Source: a virus (Duplodnaviria; Caudoviricetes). From it: a stretch of DNA of 64,000 nt. Numbering within the stretch: the first letter of the stretch is position 1; each line of letters begins with the position of its first letter. The notes beneath the pieces are model-generated. The model was not told the DNA's origin, ran no database searches, and was given only the letters and a program-made list of their open reading frames with translations. The stretch is taken from positions 1 through 64,000 of IMG/VR virus record IMGVR_UViG_3300048503_000021; one strand, given 5' to 3'. This document shows positions 25,826-35,757 of the stretch, in pieces. Both the position numbers and the translations under genes were made by a program.

Positions 25826-26340
25826 TGCCCATCTACGAGTTCGCCTGCGCTCACGAAGGATGCTACTTGCAGGGGCAAGTCTGGGAAGCCTACTTTACGA
25901 AGATTGGCGCTACGATGCCCAACTGTGTGGAGTGTGGCAATCCGACGCAGCTTATACCTTCAATCTCCCACGCCATCTGGTTGGGCACTCTCGACAAGTA
26001 CAACCAGCCGGGATGCGTAACCCAGAACCCCACAGAGGACGGCGGGCACGTCGCCTATCGGGTCAGAAGTAGCCGTATGGTGGATGGCTCCCCTGAGCCC
26101 GTCCGCATCCGCACAGTCCAAGAGCAGAGGGAGTATTGCAAGGCCGAAGGACTGACAATGCCGAGCGACATGCCGCCGCACGCGGAGTATTCGGCTAAGG
26201 GGGCAAGCTGCCAAGGAATGCCGGGGTGCTGGGCCAGTGTCAACGAGGATTTTATTGCAGAGCAGAAAGCGAAGCCCCTACCGCCAGAGGCACCGGCTCC
26301 CATTACTGTGGTTGAGCGGTCTGTGGAGGTTGCGGACTAG
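25825..26340 (+). CDS. FmdB-like zinc-ribbon protein
   Basis: MPIYEFAC..C...CVECG. Confidence 0.7.
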   Translation: MPIYEFACAHEGCYLQGQVWEAYFTKIGATMPNCVECGNPTQLIPSISHAIWLGTLDKYNQPGCVTQNPTEDGGHVAYRVRSSRMVDGSPEPVRIRTVQEQREYCKAEGLTMPSDMPPHAEYSAKGASCQGMPGCWASVNEDFIAEQKAKPLPPEAPAPITVVERSVEVAD

Positions 26341-26393
26341 GGCCTCGATTCAAAGTAACGAGAGCGTTTGTCTGTATCCAGACACGCACAAAC

Positions 26394-28283
26394 ATGGACT
26401 TTTTACCAGTTGGCCCACATTACGGCTCTGACTCAGAGGGTGAGAACGCGCATTATGCCACCGGGAATCAGGGCGAGGACAGGCAGAAGTACCTGTCAGG
26501 GTTAGAGCATTGGCGCGAATCCGCAAAAGAGGAAGCCTACAAAACAGCAGACCTGAACCCAGAAAAGGAAGCTGCTGCTAGGTACATGCGGGCGCTAGGC
26601 GGTGAGTATTGGGATCGCCGCAGAGCGAAGTACAAGTCAAAGGTTTTCGACAATCGCCTCAACAATTCTCGCATTACCGACCTTTCCCTCCTTACCCAAA
26701 CCCGTCCTACGATAGACATCTCTACCAAAATTGACGCCTACAAAGGGGATGCAGACATCGTTTCTAAGGTCATCCGCTCAGAGTGGCTGACAAGAGACAT
26801 GGATGCTGAATTCATCCGCGTCAACGACATCACCAAATTGAACGGGACAGGGTTCTGGAAGATTGGCGCGGCGTCTCCAGGGATGATGCAGGCTATTTCC
26901 TGTGGGCCGGATTCTGTATTCCCGATCCAGCCTGGATTCCATTTACAGAATTCCACAGCCATTCTCTACAAGACGTGGAAAGCCCTGTCATATTTCAGGA
27001 ACAAGTTTCCTTACGGCTGCGCTGGAATTGAAAAAGAACTGTCCGACGTAGAACAGGGCGCGGGCGGAGCGGCGCAGTTCGCGCGGCCTAAAGAATATCC
27101 AGAGTACACTTGGGAGCGCTTATCGCCAGCAATGCGGCGCTCTGTTGGGATTCGCATAGGATCGGGGGATATTGGCACCAGCGTTTTCAAATCATTGGAA
27201 ATGCAAGAGTACTACGTCGATGACCCGCAGGTGAACGAATCCAAGAATAAGGTCTTGATGCGGCACCCCTATCTGCCGCTTAACCTTTACAACTGGTGGT
27301 ACTGGGTCAACCCCGGAGAGCGTCTGTATCCACGTAAACGGCTCCTGGTGTTTGCGGGCCGTAGGCTGATGTACGATGGGCCTGCCCCGTTCTGGCATGG
27401 GCTGTTCCCCTTCGCTACGCTGCGACTCAATCCAGTCCCGTGGTCCTTCTGGGGGCTGTCAAAGTATCGAGACCTGATACCTCTTAACGAGGGGATGAAT
27501 GAGATCATCGCTGGCATCCTGGATATGGTGCGGCGGGCTCTCAATCCTACGGTTGTCACCAAGGCGGGTGCTGTGCCCCAGGCAACGTGGCGGGAGTTCT
27601 ACCCCGACATGCCAGGGGCGAGGCTCTACATGCTGCCAAACAGCAACCCGCAGACGGACGTGAGGTACATAGCTCCCCCAGAGATCCCCGCGTGGGTGAT
27701 GCAGGCCCACCAATACCTGTCGATGGAGTTTGACCGCCTTGCCGGGATTGTCGATCCAGGGGCACTTGGGAAGAAAAAGCAAGTTCCAGGCGGCGACACC
27801 ATCGAACAGATGCGGGAAATGTTGAACACCCCAACTCAATTGGAATCCCGTTACGGGGAATTGTTCCTGCGTGATGTGGGCGTACAGGCTATGTCCAACG
27901 TTTTCCAATACTTCGAGTTGCCCATGCGGTTGCGACTCTTAGGGAAAGACGGGATCAGCCTGGAGGACTTCAACTACGAAGGGCCAAATCTCATTCCTGA
28001 CCACGTAACCCGCGAAGATCACTGGAAGAACTTCTCGATGATGATTACGCCGGGATCGCTGTTAGGATCTAGCCGTGACCGTGAAAAACAGACCGCCATC
28101 AATATGGCCGCAAAGGGCCTACTGCCCCTGCAATATCTGTGGAGCGTTTTGGAACTCAACCCGAAACAGCTTATGGAAATGCTCAAGCAGGAACATGAGA
28201 TGGGTATTGGGGCCAAAGCGCCTAAGCCGTCAGGGCAGTCCGCTCCCAAGATGACGGGTGGCCAGAAGACGGGGAACGTCTGA
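26394..28283 (+). CDS. Portal protein (P22-like podovirus type)
   Basis: 629 aa between TerL and scaffold/capsid; GTGFWK, PF..LR..P.P.SFWG, LIPLN...N. Confidence 0.8.
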   Translation: MDFLPVGPHYGSDSEGENAHYATGNQGEDRQKYLSGLEHWRESAKEEAYKTADLNPEKEAAARYMRALGGEYWDRRRAKYKSKVFDNRLNNSRITDLSLLTQTRPTIDISTKIDAYKGDADIVSKVIRSEWLTRDMDAEFIRVNDITKLNGTGFWKIGAASPGMMQAISCGPDSVFPIQPGFHLQNSTAILYKTWKALSYFRNKFPYGCAGIEKELSDVEQGAGGAAQFARPKEYPEYTWERLSPAMRRSVGIRIGSGDIGTSVFKSLEMQEYYVDDPQVNESKNKVLMRHPYLPLNLYNWWYWVNPGERLYPRKRLLVFAGRRLMYDGPAPFWHGLFPFATLRLNPVPWSFWGLSKYRDLIPLNEGMNEIIAGILDMVRRALNPTVVTKAGAVPQATWREFYPDMPGARLYMLPNSNPQTDVRYIAPPEIPAWVMQAHQYLSMEFDRLAGIVDPGALGKKKQVPGGDTIEQMREMLNTPTQLESRYGELFLRDVGVQAMSNVFQYFELPMRLRLLGKDGISLEDFNYEGPNLIPDHVTREDHWKNFSMMITPGSLLGSSRDREKQTAINMAAKGLLPLQYLWSVLELNPKQLMEMLKQEHEMGIGAKAPKPSGQSAPKMTGGQKTGNV

Positions 28284-28288
28284 AGTGT

Positions 28289-28365
28289 GCGCCCATGGCT
28301 CAATTGGATAAAGCAACTGACTCTTAATCAGTAGATTGAAGGTTCGACTCCTTCTGGGCGCACCA
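28289..28365 (+). tRNA. tRNA-Lys(CTT)
   Basis: Acceptor GCGCCCA/TGGGCGC, anticodon arm ACTGA-CTCTTAA-TCAGT, T arm GAAGG-TTCGACT-CCTTC, encoded CCA. Confidence 0.92.
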
Positions 28366-28438
28366 GTCTAACCCCCTTAGCCGATTTATTAGTAACGGTT
28401 GGGACTCCAGCCAAAACTGAGAAAGGGGGATCTACATT

Positions 28439-28489
28439 ATGGCACGTAAAAAGGGCCGCAAGGCGAAGCGCGGGCACAAGCGCGCGTAA
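28439..28489 (+). CDS. 16-aa basic peptide MARKKGRKAKRGHKRA
   Basis: SD AAAGGGGG; similar to 32915-32965. Confidence 0.55.
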   Translation: MARKKGRKAKRGHKRA

Positions 28490-28570
28490 CTCAACGCCGA
28501 TAGGGGGTAGTGGAGAACAGGCAGAACCGCTTGGACACTACCCTCTGCGCCTGCCATAAGAGAGAACCAT

Positions 28571-28849
28571 ATGGAAAAACAACTTATCGGAACAGAAGCC
28601 TCGCTTCAGAAGAACTTTCCGCTGAATGTCGAGCCCGATGGCAAGACGGGGACTCCTGAAGAGCAGTTGCTTGGCTCCCATGCCCCGATCTCTCGCACGC
28701 CCGTTCCGTTGCAGCAATTCAATAAGGGAGAAAAGGCCGGGACGTTCCAACTTTCCGGCTCAGAAGCTCCTTTGGACCACACGCCGACCAAAGGTTTTAC
28801 GTCGTTCAAAACTCCGATGAGCGACCGTGCGGTGAAACAATCGAAGTAG
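28571..28849 (+). CDS. Hypothetical protein (head module)
   Basis: ORF between portal and scaffold. Confidence 0.6.
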   Translation: MEKQLIGTEASLQKNFPLNVEPDGKTGTPEEQLLGSHAPISRTPVPLQQFNKGEKAGTFQLSGSEAPLDHTPTKGFTSFKTPMSDRAVKQSK

Positions 28850-28860
28850 GTTAGGCGTTT

Positions 28861-29235
28861 ATGGCCACCACAGCCACCCCTCCTCTTTCCCCTGATGTGA
28901 CCCAGCAGCAGGCTCCCCCACTCCAGCGATACGCCGAAGGTGCGGCTCAACAGAGTGCGGGGGCTGGCGGTGCGTCCGGTCCTCAGGCGTCCATGCAATT
29001 TGTTCTGCAAAAGATGCAGTCCATTTCAAAGGACATGATGGACGTGGCGAAGGTGTTGTCGATTGAGAAGCCCGCGCTGATGCCAATAGTGACAAGGGCG
29101 GCGGGCATGATGAAGATGATCGAGAAAGAAGCACAGCAGAGTTTACAAGGCCAGGGGAGCCCAATGTCCACTGGGTCGGAACCGGCGCAAACCGCGATGG
29201 CGATGCCGGAAGGCCCTGAAGCAATGGGCGCATAA
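28861..29235 (+). CDS. Hypothetical Gln/Met-rich protein (head module)
   Basis: ORF upstream of scaffold. Confidence 0.65.
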   Translation: MATTATPPLSPDVTQQQAPPLQRYAEGAAQQSAGAGGASGPQASMQFVLQKMQSISKDMMDVAKVLSIEKPALMPIVTRAAGMMKMIEKEAQQSLQGQGSPMSTGSEPAQTAMAMPEGPEAMGA

Positions 29236-29259
29236 CCTTCTGGCTGGAAGGGACGCGCT

Positions 29260-30168
29260 ATGGCTAAGAAAACGAGCAGTGCGTTTGACGCGCTGCTTGA
29301 AACGTTTGGGAACGATGAAGACAAAACCCTCTTCACCCAGTTGGCAGAAAAGAACCCCAAGGTCATGGAGTTCGGGCTTCGCCAGGACGACTACTCAAGA
29401 AAGCTTGACGAACACCGAACAGAGCTAGAGGAGCTTCAGGGCTGGCGCGATTGGCGCACCGCAAACTGGGACCCCGAAGCTAAGATGACCAAGGCGGAAC
29501 GAGAAAAGCAGACACGGCTCGAAACTCTGGAAACAGAAAAGGCCGACCTGGAAAGCCGAATTGCACTGGGAGGGGATATGTCATTTGAAGACGTGGAACG
29601 CTTCGGCAACGAGTGGCTGAAGAAAACGGGGATCGACCCCACCAAGCTAGTCAAAACTGATGTTTTTGACGAGAAGGTTAAGGGATTTGAACAGTGGACT
29701 AAGAACCTGAACGCCTATACGGCGAAGGCTGCACTGGAGGTTCCTTACCTGAACTCTAAGCATCAACAGGAATTCGGGGAAATGTTCGATCCCGAAGAGT
29801 TCCTGAAGGCGGCGAACGAGGCCGGAACGGTCGATTTGAGGGGTTTCTACAACGACAAGTATGTAGCTTCCAAGCGGATCGACAAGATGAAGGCTGACTA
29901 CGACGCGAAGCTGAAGGAAAAGGATGACGCTCTTGTCGCAGAGAAGAAAGCGGCAGACGAGCGGCTGGCGCGAGTGGCTGGGATGGGGCCGCAAGGCTCT
30001 GGAAGCCCAACCGACATGGAAGGCCCTACAATGGGTCCGCTCCAGAAGAAGTTGCTCGGGATGGAAAAGCGGGATGATTCAAGCGGGGCTCCCGAAGTCC
30101 CACTTGGCGACGGCGGAATCGCCGCCTACGCGGCGAGAGAATTCAACAAGAACGCGGCTGGCCGCTAA
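29260..30168 (+). CDS. Putative capsid scaffolding protein
   Basis: Charged helical protein directly upstream of capsid; RQDDYSRK motif. Confidence 0.65.
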   Translation: MAKKTSSAFDALLETFGNDEDKTLFTQLAEKNPKVMEFGLRQDDYSRKLDEHRTELEELQGWRDWRTANWDPEAKMTKAEREKQTRLETLETEKADLESRIALGGDMSFEDVERFGNEWLKKTGIDPTKLVKTDVFDEKVKGFEQWTKNLNAYTAKAALEVPYLNSKHQQEFGEMFDPEEFLKAANEAGTVDLRGFYNDKYVASKRIDKMKADYDAKLKEKDDALVAEKKAADERLARVAGMGPQGSGSPTDMEGPTMGPLQKKLLGMEKRDDSSGAPEVPLGDGGIAAYAAREFNKNAAGR

Positions 30169-30226
30169 GCTCAAATAGTAGAGCGTAGTGCCATAGCCGC
30201 CGATTTGGACTAACGAAGGATTGTCT

Positions 30227-31309
30227 ATGGCACTGCAATTAAGCGACCTCACTGCATTTACTGAGCAGTATATTGTGGAGAGGACGACTGATGTGATCTT
30301 CAAACAGTCGCCGCTCTTCACACGACTGCTCAATCGTCGGCGTATGCGCTTCTCCGGGGGCACATTCATCCAAAGGCCGATAATCTACAGCGAACTGAAC
30401 GGCGACTGGTTCTCGAAGGGCGACACCTTCAACATCAGCTACGTCACCACGGACACGGCCTTCACGGTCAACATGAAGACCAGCTACGTCAATGTCACGC
30501 TGTTTGGAATAGATGACGTTTTGAACCGTGGCCCGCAGGCAGCGTTCTCCATCGTGGAGTCCAAGTTCGCAAACGCCTCGATGAAGATGGCGAAACTGAT
30601 TGCGACTGGTCTGTACCAGGACGGTCAGAGTTCCGTATCGCCGCCTTTCACCGGAGCCCTGTCAGGCACCAAGTCGACGGACGGCTTGCTGGCTTGGGTT
30701 GACGACGGCAATTCCAGCGGCTCTTATTCGTCGGCCACCGACCAGACGAAGAGCTTCCTCTCCATTGGTGGTATCACCCGTACCGATCTGTTCGCGTCGG
30801 GCGCGTACAGCTTCACCAGCGGCATTACGCCTATCGCTGCGGTCGCTGGGGCCAACGCCTACACGATCCGTGGATACAGCGCGTACTCGCTGATCGACGT
30901 GAACACGGTCTACGGTGCTGCGTGGTTCGGCAACGACTACCCAGACCTGCTTGTTGGCACGCAGACGGCCTACAACAAGATATGGAACACCCTCCAGCCC
31001 CAACAGCGCTACAACGACGGTCAGAGCGACGTCGGCAAGGTGGGCTTCCAGGCGTTCCGGTTTAACGCCGCCGAAGTCGTCATCGACAAGTACATCCCCT
31101 CAGACGGCACCAACGGGCTGCTGCTCCTGCTCAACACGAACTACTTGGAACTGTACATCAGCGAGAACAAGAAGTTCCAGTTTGGGTTCACCGGCTTCAA
31201 GGAAGCACAAAACTCCATCGACATCGCCGGTCAGTTCCTCTTTGCTGGAAATCTGATTGTCCCGTCTCCTCGCTGCTGCGGGAAAATCGTAGGACCAGTG
31301 CTTCTCTAG
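30227..31309 (+). CDS. Major capsid protein (podovirus type)
   Basis: LTAFT...DVIFKQSPLF.RL...GGTFIQRPIIY; LYQDG; GF..FRFN..EVVIDKY; GNLIV..PR. Confidence 0.85.
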   Translation: MALQLSDLTAFTEQYIVERTTDVIFKQSPLFTRLLNRRRMRFSGGTFIQRPIIYSELNGDWFSKGDTFNISYVTTDTAFTVNMKTSYVNVTLFGIDDVLNRGPQAAFSIVESKFANASMKMAKLIATGLYQDGQSSVSPPFTGALSGTKSTDGLLAWVDDGNSSGSYSSATDQTKSFLSIGGITRTDLFASGAYSFTSGITPIAAVAGANAYTIRGYSAYSLIDVNTVYGAAWFGNDYPDLLVGTQTAYNKIWNTLQPQQRYNDGQSDVGKVGFQAFRFNAAEVVIDKYIPSDGTNGLLLLLNTNYLELYISENKKFQFGFTGFKEAQNSIDIAGQFLFAGNLIVPSPRCCGKIVGPVLL

Positions 31310-31338
31310 GGATACAGGAAGGAAAAAGGAGAAATAAT

Positions 31339-31995
31339 ATGTTTAACGCTGTATCTTACGGAATCGAGTCTCAGACTCTTTCGACTGCTGCCTTTACTCT
31401 GGGCACTGGCCCAGGCCAAACGGCACCTCCGCGCTTTCTGCTCATCGTGCCCACGGCGACTACAACCATCACGCTGCCTGCTATCCCTCCTGGCTTGCCG
31501 ACTCCGATTGGCACGCCGGGCACATCCCCCGGTATCGGCGACGGCTTCATGCTCACGATTCGCAACGGCTTGTCACCGACCGCTACCCAGTACGCTGTGT
31601 CTGTGGTTGCGGCTTCGGGCGACACGTTGACCGATCCCCTGCCTTTGGGCTACGGGGGAAATCAGGCAACCCTCTACGGCGCTCTGGTGAACAGGACTTG
31701 GTATAACCTCACGCCCAACACGGGCAATGGTGCGTATCGCGCCGTTGGCGCTCCTGTCACGGTTGCTGCCACGGATCGGTATCTCCAGATCGGCACAGCC
31801 GGGACAGTCACACTGCTGGCCCCTTCGGCCTACCCGGTCGGTATCGAGTTCGTTACGCTGCTTAACGATGCTGGCGTGACCTTCACCATCGCTCCCGCTT
31901 CCGGCAACATCAACGGCACCGCTACCGTCACCATTACGGCGACTGACGCTGGGGTGCTTTCGGACGGAACGAACTACCACTTAACCCATAAGTAA
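31339..31995 (+). CDS. Putative capsid decoration/auxiliary protein
   Basis: TITLPA beta repeats, after capsid. Confidence 0.6.
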   Translation: MFNAVSYGIESQTLSTAAFTLGTGPGQTAPPRFLLIVPTATTTITLPAIPPGLPTPIGTPGTSPGIGDGFMLTIRNGLSPTATQYAVSVVAASGDTLTDPLPLGYGGNQATLYGALVNRTWYNLTPNTGNGAYRAVGAPVTVAATDRYLQIGTAGTVTLLAPSAYPVGIEFVTLLNDAGVTFTIAPASGNINGTATVTITATDAGVLSDGTNYHLTHK

Positions 31996-32028
31996 GGACT
32001 TAGGTTCTTATTCAACGGAGAACACATC

Positions 32029-32505
32029 ATGGCCTTACAGCAAGCAAAAGTTTGGAACATCAACCAACAGGCGGTCTATTTCGTCACGGCGGGGGCAGCG
32101 GATCTGCCCTCGACCGCTGACTTCTTCAATGTCGGAGATTGGGTTGTCAACACGAACCCAACGATGGCGGCGGGCGATCCTCTTTTGTGGGCCGTCACCA
32201 CCATTGCTAGCGGAGTCACCCCGACCTTCTCCGTATTGGCCCGGTCGTATCAGCTATACACGGCTGGAGCGGCTTACACAGCTTCCACGTCTGCTAAGGC
32301 TATCCTTGCTGGCGCTGTTACAATCACTCTTCCGGCAGCGACCACTTGGCCTGCTGGGCAAGAGGTTGCTATCAGAAGTCTCACGTCCTCCACGACGGTT
32401 ACTCCGGTTTCTGGGAACGTCAACGGTGTGGCTTCCCTTACCCTGACTGCGGGCCAATATGCTCGTTTGATTGGGGATGGGACTGCATACTGGCAGATTG
32501 GTTAA
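32029..32505 (+). CDS. Putative capsid decoration/auxiliary protein
   Basis: VTITLPAA...SGNVNG...GDGT.W similar to previous ORF. Confidence 0.6.
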   Translation: MALQQAKVWNINQQAVYFVTAGAADLPSTADFFNVGDWVVNTNPTMAAGDPLLWAVTTIASGVTPTFSVLARSYQLYTAGAAYTASTSAKAILAGAVTITLPAATTWPAGQEVAIRSLTSSTTVTPVSGNVNGVASLTLTAGQYARLIGDGTAYWQIG

Positions 32506-32522
32506 GAATGGAGTAGGCCTCC

Positions 32523-32888
32523 ATGCCTGTCAACACACTAAACTACTGGGCCGCAACGCTGACGGTGCCTACCGTTGCGACGAGCTTGTGGACCCTCGCC
32601 ACTACCTACTTTGCGGCTAATCGCTCCACTGACTCCATTGACCAATCGGCTACGGTCATGTTCATGACTGGGGAAGTGGGCAATGGGGCTACGGTCATCT
32701 ACGTTGGGGACAAGACTCTTAACGTCACGGCTACACCACCTGTCGGCGTAGGTTTAGAACTTACTGCGGGTGCATCGGCGTGGAGCGGGCAGAGCATGTC
32801 TGGCGGGATGACAACCGATCTCAATAACTTCTTTGTTCAAGCGGCTACTACCGTTACGCCGTATCTATGCGTCCTTGTCATGAAGTGA
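32523..32888 (+). CDS. Putative virion beta-rich protein
   Basis: IYVGD...VGLELTAG. Confidence 0.55.
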   Translation: MPVNTLNYWAATLTVPTVATSLWTLATTYFAANRSTDSIDQSATVMFMTGEVGNGATVIYVGDKTLNVTATPPVGVGLELTAGASAWSGQSMSGGMTTDLNNFFVQAATTVTPYLCVLVMK

Positions 32889-32914
32889 CAGGGCGCAGAA
32901 AGGAGGGACTTTCA

Positions 32915-32965
32915 ATGGCGCGTCACAAGAAGGGCCGGAAGAAGGTTCGGAAGGAAGTTCGGTAG
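32915..32965 (+). CDS. 16-aa basic peptide MARHKKGRKKVRKEVR
   Basis: Strong SD AAAGGAGG; last gene before terminator. Confidence 0.6.
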   Translation: MARHKKGRKKVRKEVR

Positions 32966-32989
32966 GGCAAGGGCCGGTTTACTGGCTTG

Positions 32990-33027
32990 AGGGGCGGAGG
33001 GCGATTGCCCCTGCCCCTTTCGTCTTT
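32990..33027 (+). terminator. Putative intrinsic terminator of head operon
   Basis: AGGGGCGGAGGGC-GATT-GCCCCTGCCCCT followed by TTCGTCTTT. Confidence 0.6.
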
Positions 33028-33060
33028 GAGGAGTCTCGATCCAGACAAGGTAGTCTTATT

Positions 33061-35757
33061 ATGCGAACAGCAATTTTGTTTCTCTTAACGGCGCTGGGCT
33101 GTCTGGCGCAAGGCACCAGACCTGCGTCAGTTCGGCCCCCATGCTCCGCGACCGTCACGACGAATTGCACGCCGCAAGTGTCCGGAGCGGGAGCGTATGT
33201 CCCATACGTCGTGGGCGGCAGTGGTGCCAACCCACTCGGGTTGTTCGTTGTCGCCGGTGCCGCCAACGCGCCCGCCAATGCCGTGAATCTGGGACTGCTC
33301 TCCACGGGGCTGTTGAAGATTGTCGTGGCCGGCCAAATTGCCAGCTTCACGAACCCTTCCATCTCGGATCTGTTGTCACTCGGGAGCTGGCCGTGGGCTT
33401 CGCTGTCGGGAGTGCCAGCGAGCTTCACGCCCGCGCTGCATGCCGCGACGCATGGCAACGCGGGCAGCGATCGCGTTACGTTGGATTACAGCCAAATCAC
33501 CTCCGGCGCGCCGACGATCCCCGCGGCCTACTCCTCGAGCCCGGCCATGGACGGCAGCGCGTCAGCCGGGTCCAGCGGCAACTTCGCCCGCGGCGACCAT
33601 GTGCACCCCAGCGACACCAGCCGCGCACCCACGGCCAGCCCGACGTTCACAGGTACGGTAACAACGCCGATCACGGGCGGCGGCGTCCAGTGCACTCACG
33701 TCAACAATGCGGGTGTCCTCACCGGTACTGGGTCTGACTGCGGCACTGGCGGCGGCGGGGCCAACTCAGCCGGCTACTATCTGGTCAGCCAGGCGAGCAA
33801 TGAACCCGCCAACGCCGTCAACCTTGGCCTCCTGACTACGGGCCTGCTCAAGACGACCGTCGCGGGCAGCGTGGCGAGCTTCAGCACGGCCACCGCCGGC
33901 ACGGACTACATGGGCGCGTTCTCGTGGCCCGCGAACGGCTCCATCGTCAAAATGGTCAGCGGCGCACCCACGGCAGCCGTGGCGGGCACGGACTACGTCA
34001 CCCCTTCGGGTAGCATCACCGGCAACGCGGGCACGGCCACGGCCCTTGCCGCGCTTCCTACGGCCTGCTCGGCGGGGAACTATCCACTGGGCATCCTGGC
34101 GAATGGCAACGCTACGGGCTGTACGGCGGCCAACAGCGGGACAGTCACGCATTCAGCAGGGGCGCTGACGAACACTTACGTACTGGTCGGCAACGGCGGG
34201 GCGGACGCGAGCGTGTCGGCGGCCTATGTGGATGGGTCGAACATTCTCAACAATCCAGCCGGGTTCAAGAGCGGCGGAGCGGGGAGCGGATCTGTACAAC
34301 TCGGCGGCGCCACTTCGGGGGCGGTGACAGTCACGGCACAGGCCGCTGCGGGGACGTGGACACTCACACTTCCCAACACGCCAGGAACCAATGGGTATGC
34401 ACTGACGACGGACGGGAGCGGCAATGCGGCATGGGCGGCGATCCCTACGACCCTACCGCCGAATGGAACGGCGGGCGGCGATCTTGGTGGCACCTATCCT
34501 AATCCAAGTGTTTCGCAAATTGGCGGGGCGGTCTTGCCGGCGGCAGGGTCTATCACCAAGACCAACAGTAGCGGCCAACTTGTCGCGGCGACGGCGGGGA
34601 CCGATTACGTACTCCCCGCGGGCAGCATCACGGGTAATGCGTCGACGGCGACGGCGTTGGCATCCACGCCGACCACCTGTGCGGCCGGCAACTATCCGCT
34701 GGGGATCACTGCGAATGGCAACGTAACGGGCTGCACGGCGGCAACGGGTGGAGGCGGCACGATCACGGGCCCTGGCTCCGCGACATCGGGCTATGTGCCT
34801 CTGTGGGGCACGTACCCGGCGCTGACGTTGGGCCTGCCAGTCACGCAATCGAACGGCGCGAACTCGATTGTCGAGACGGGCGCGGGCGGCACTATCGCGG
34901 CGGCGGCGATCCCGACGCTCAACCAGAACACGACCGGATCGTCGGGCAGCGTGTTGAATGCCCTCACCCTCAACAACGGCGGCGCGGGCGCGGCCTCGGG
35001 TTCGACGTTCAATGGATCGGCGGCAATCACGCTCTCGTACAACACTCTCGGGGCAGCTCCGCTCGCCTCTCCGACCTTCACGGGGACTGTGACGATTCCC
35101 AGCGGCGCGTCCCTCGGCACGCCGACGACCCTCAATGTCTCGAATGCGACCGGCTTGACGGCCTCGCAAGTGCCCGCCGCGCTCTCCTCTACCACCTCGG
35201 TCAATGGCACGAGCATCCCAGCATCTTCCGCGCTGATGACTACCGGCACCACGCTCGCATCGGGACAGATGCCCACCTTCACGGGGGACGTCACGAACAG
35301 CGGTCTGGCTATGACCGTTGGCAAGGTGAACGGGGCAGCAGTCCCAACCAGCAAGAACTTTCTGGGCTCGAACGGCTCCGGCCAACTCGTCCAAACGACG
35401 AACGCGCGCGCCTTCGGCTACAGTTTCAACTCTTCGTCTGCGCTGACGACCGGCCTGACGGCCTACGGGAATGTCCCCTTCGCCTGCACCATCAGCGCAT
35501 GGACGATCAGCCTCTCGCCGGCCGACACCGCGACCGTGGACGTGTGGAAGGTGGCGACGGGTTCGGCAGTGCCGACCGTCTCTAACACCATCACCGCTTC
35601 GGCCGTCCCGGCCATCACCACCGGCACCTCGGTGCACTCGTCCACCCTGACCGGCTGGACGACTTCCGTGTCGGCCAACGATCTGTTCGCCGTCAACATC
35701 AAGGCGATTGGCGGAACGGCAACCTTCGTGAATTTGACAGTGGAGTGTGACCAATGA
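33061..35757 (+). CDS. Fibre-like Gly/Thr/Ala-rich repeat protein with signal peptide
   Basis: MRTAILFLLTALGCLAQ; duplicated ANAVNLGLL.TGLLK, AGTDYV.P.GSITGNA.TATALA, ASPTFTGTVT; ARGDHVHP. Confidence 0.8.
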   Translation: MRTAILFLLTALGCLAQGTRPASVRPPCSATVTTNCTPQVSGAGAYVPYVVGGSGANPLGLFVVAGAANAPANAVNLGLLSTGLLKIVVAGQIASFTNPSISDLLSLGSWPWASLSGVPASFTPALHAATHGNAGSDRVTLDYSQITSGAPTIPAAYSSSPAMDGSASAGSSGNFARGDHVHPSDTSRAPTASPTFTGTVTTPITGGGVQCTHVNNAGVLTGTGSDCGTGGGGANSAGYYLVSQASNEPANAVNLGLLTTGLLKTTVAGSVASFSTATAGTDYMGAFSWPANGSIVKMVSGAPTAAVAGTDYVTPSGSITGNAGTATALAALPTACSAGNYPLGILANGNATGCTAANSGTVTHSAGALTNTYVLVGNGGADASVSAAYVDGSNILNNPAGFKSGGAGSGSVQLGGATSGAVTVTAQAAAGTWTLTLPNTPGTNGYALTTDGSGNAAWAAIPTTLPPNGTAGGDLGGTYPNPSVSQIGGAVLPAAGSITKTNSSGQLVAATAGTDYVLPAGSITGNASTATALASTPTTCAAGNYPLGITANGNVTGCTAATGGGGTITGPGSATSGYVPLWGTYPALTLGLPVTQSNGANSIVETGAGGTIAAAAIPTLNQNTTGSSGSVLNALTLNNGGAGAASGSTFNGSAAITLSYNTLGAAPLASPTFTGTVTIPSGASLGTPTTLNVSNATGLTASQVPAALSSTTSVNGTSIPASSALMTTGTTLASGQMPTFTGDVTNSGLAMTVGKVNGAAVPTSKNFLGSNGSGQLVQTTNARAFGYSFNSSSALTTGLTAYGNVPFACTISAWTISLSPADTATVDVWKVATGSAVPTVSNTITASAVPAITTGTSVHSSTLTGWTTSVSANDLFAVNIKAIGGTATFVNLTVECDQ

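Noticed and set aside
28289-28365. tRNA as an attL/attR prophage boundary
   Set aside because: It lies inside the head module, no duplicate of its 3' end was seen, and no host genes flank it
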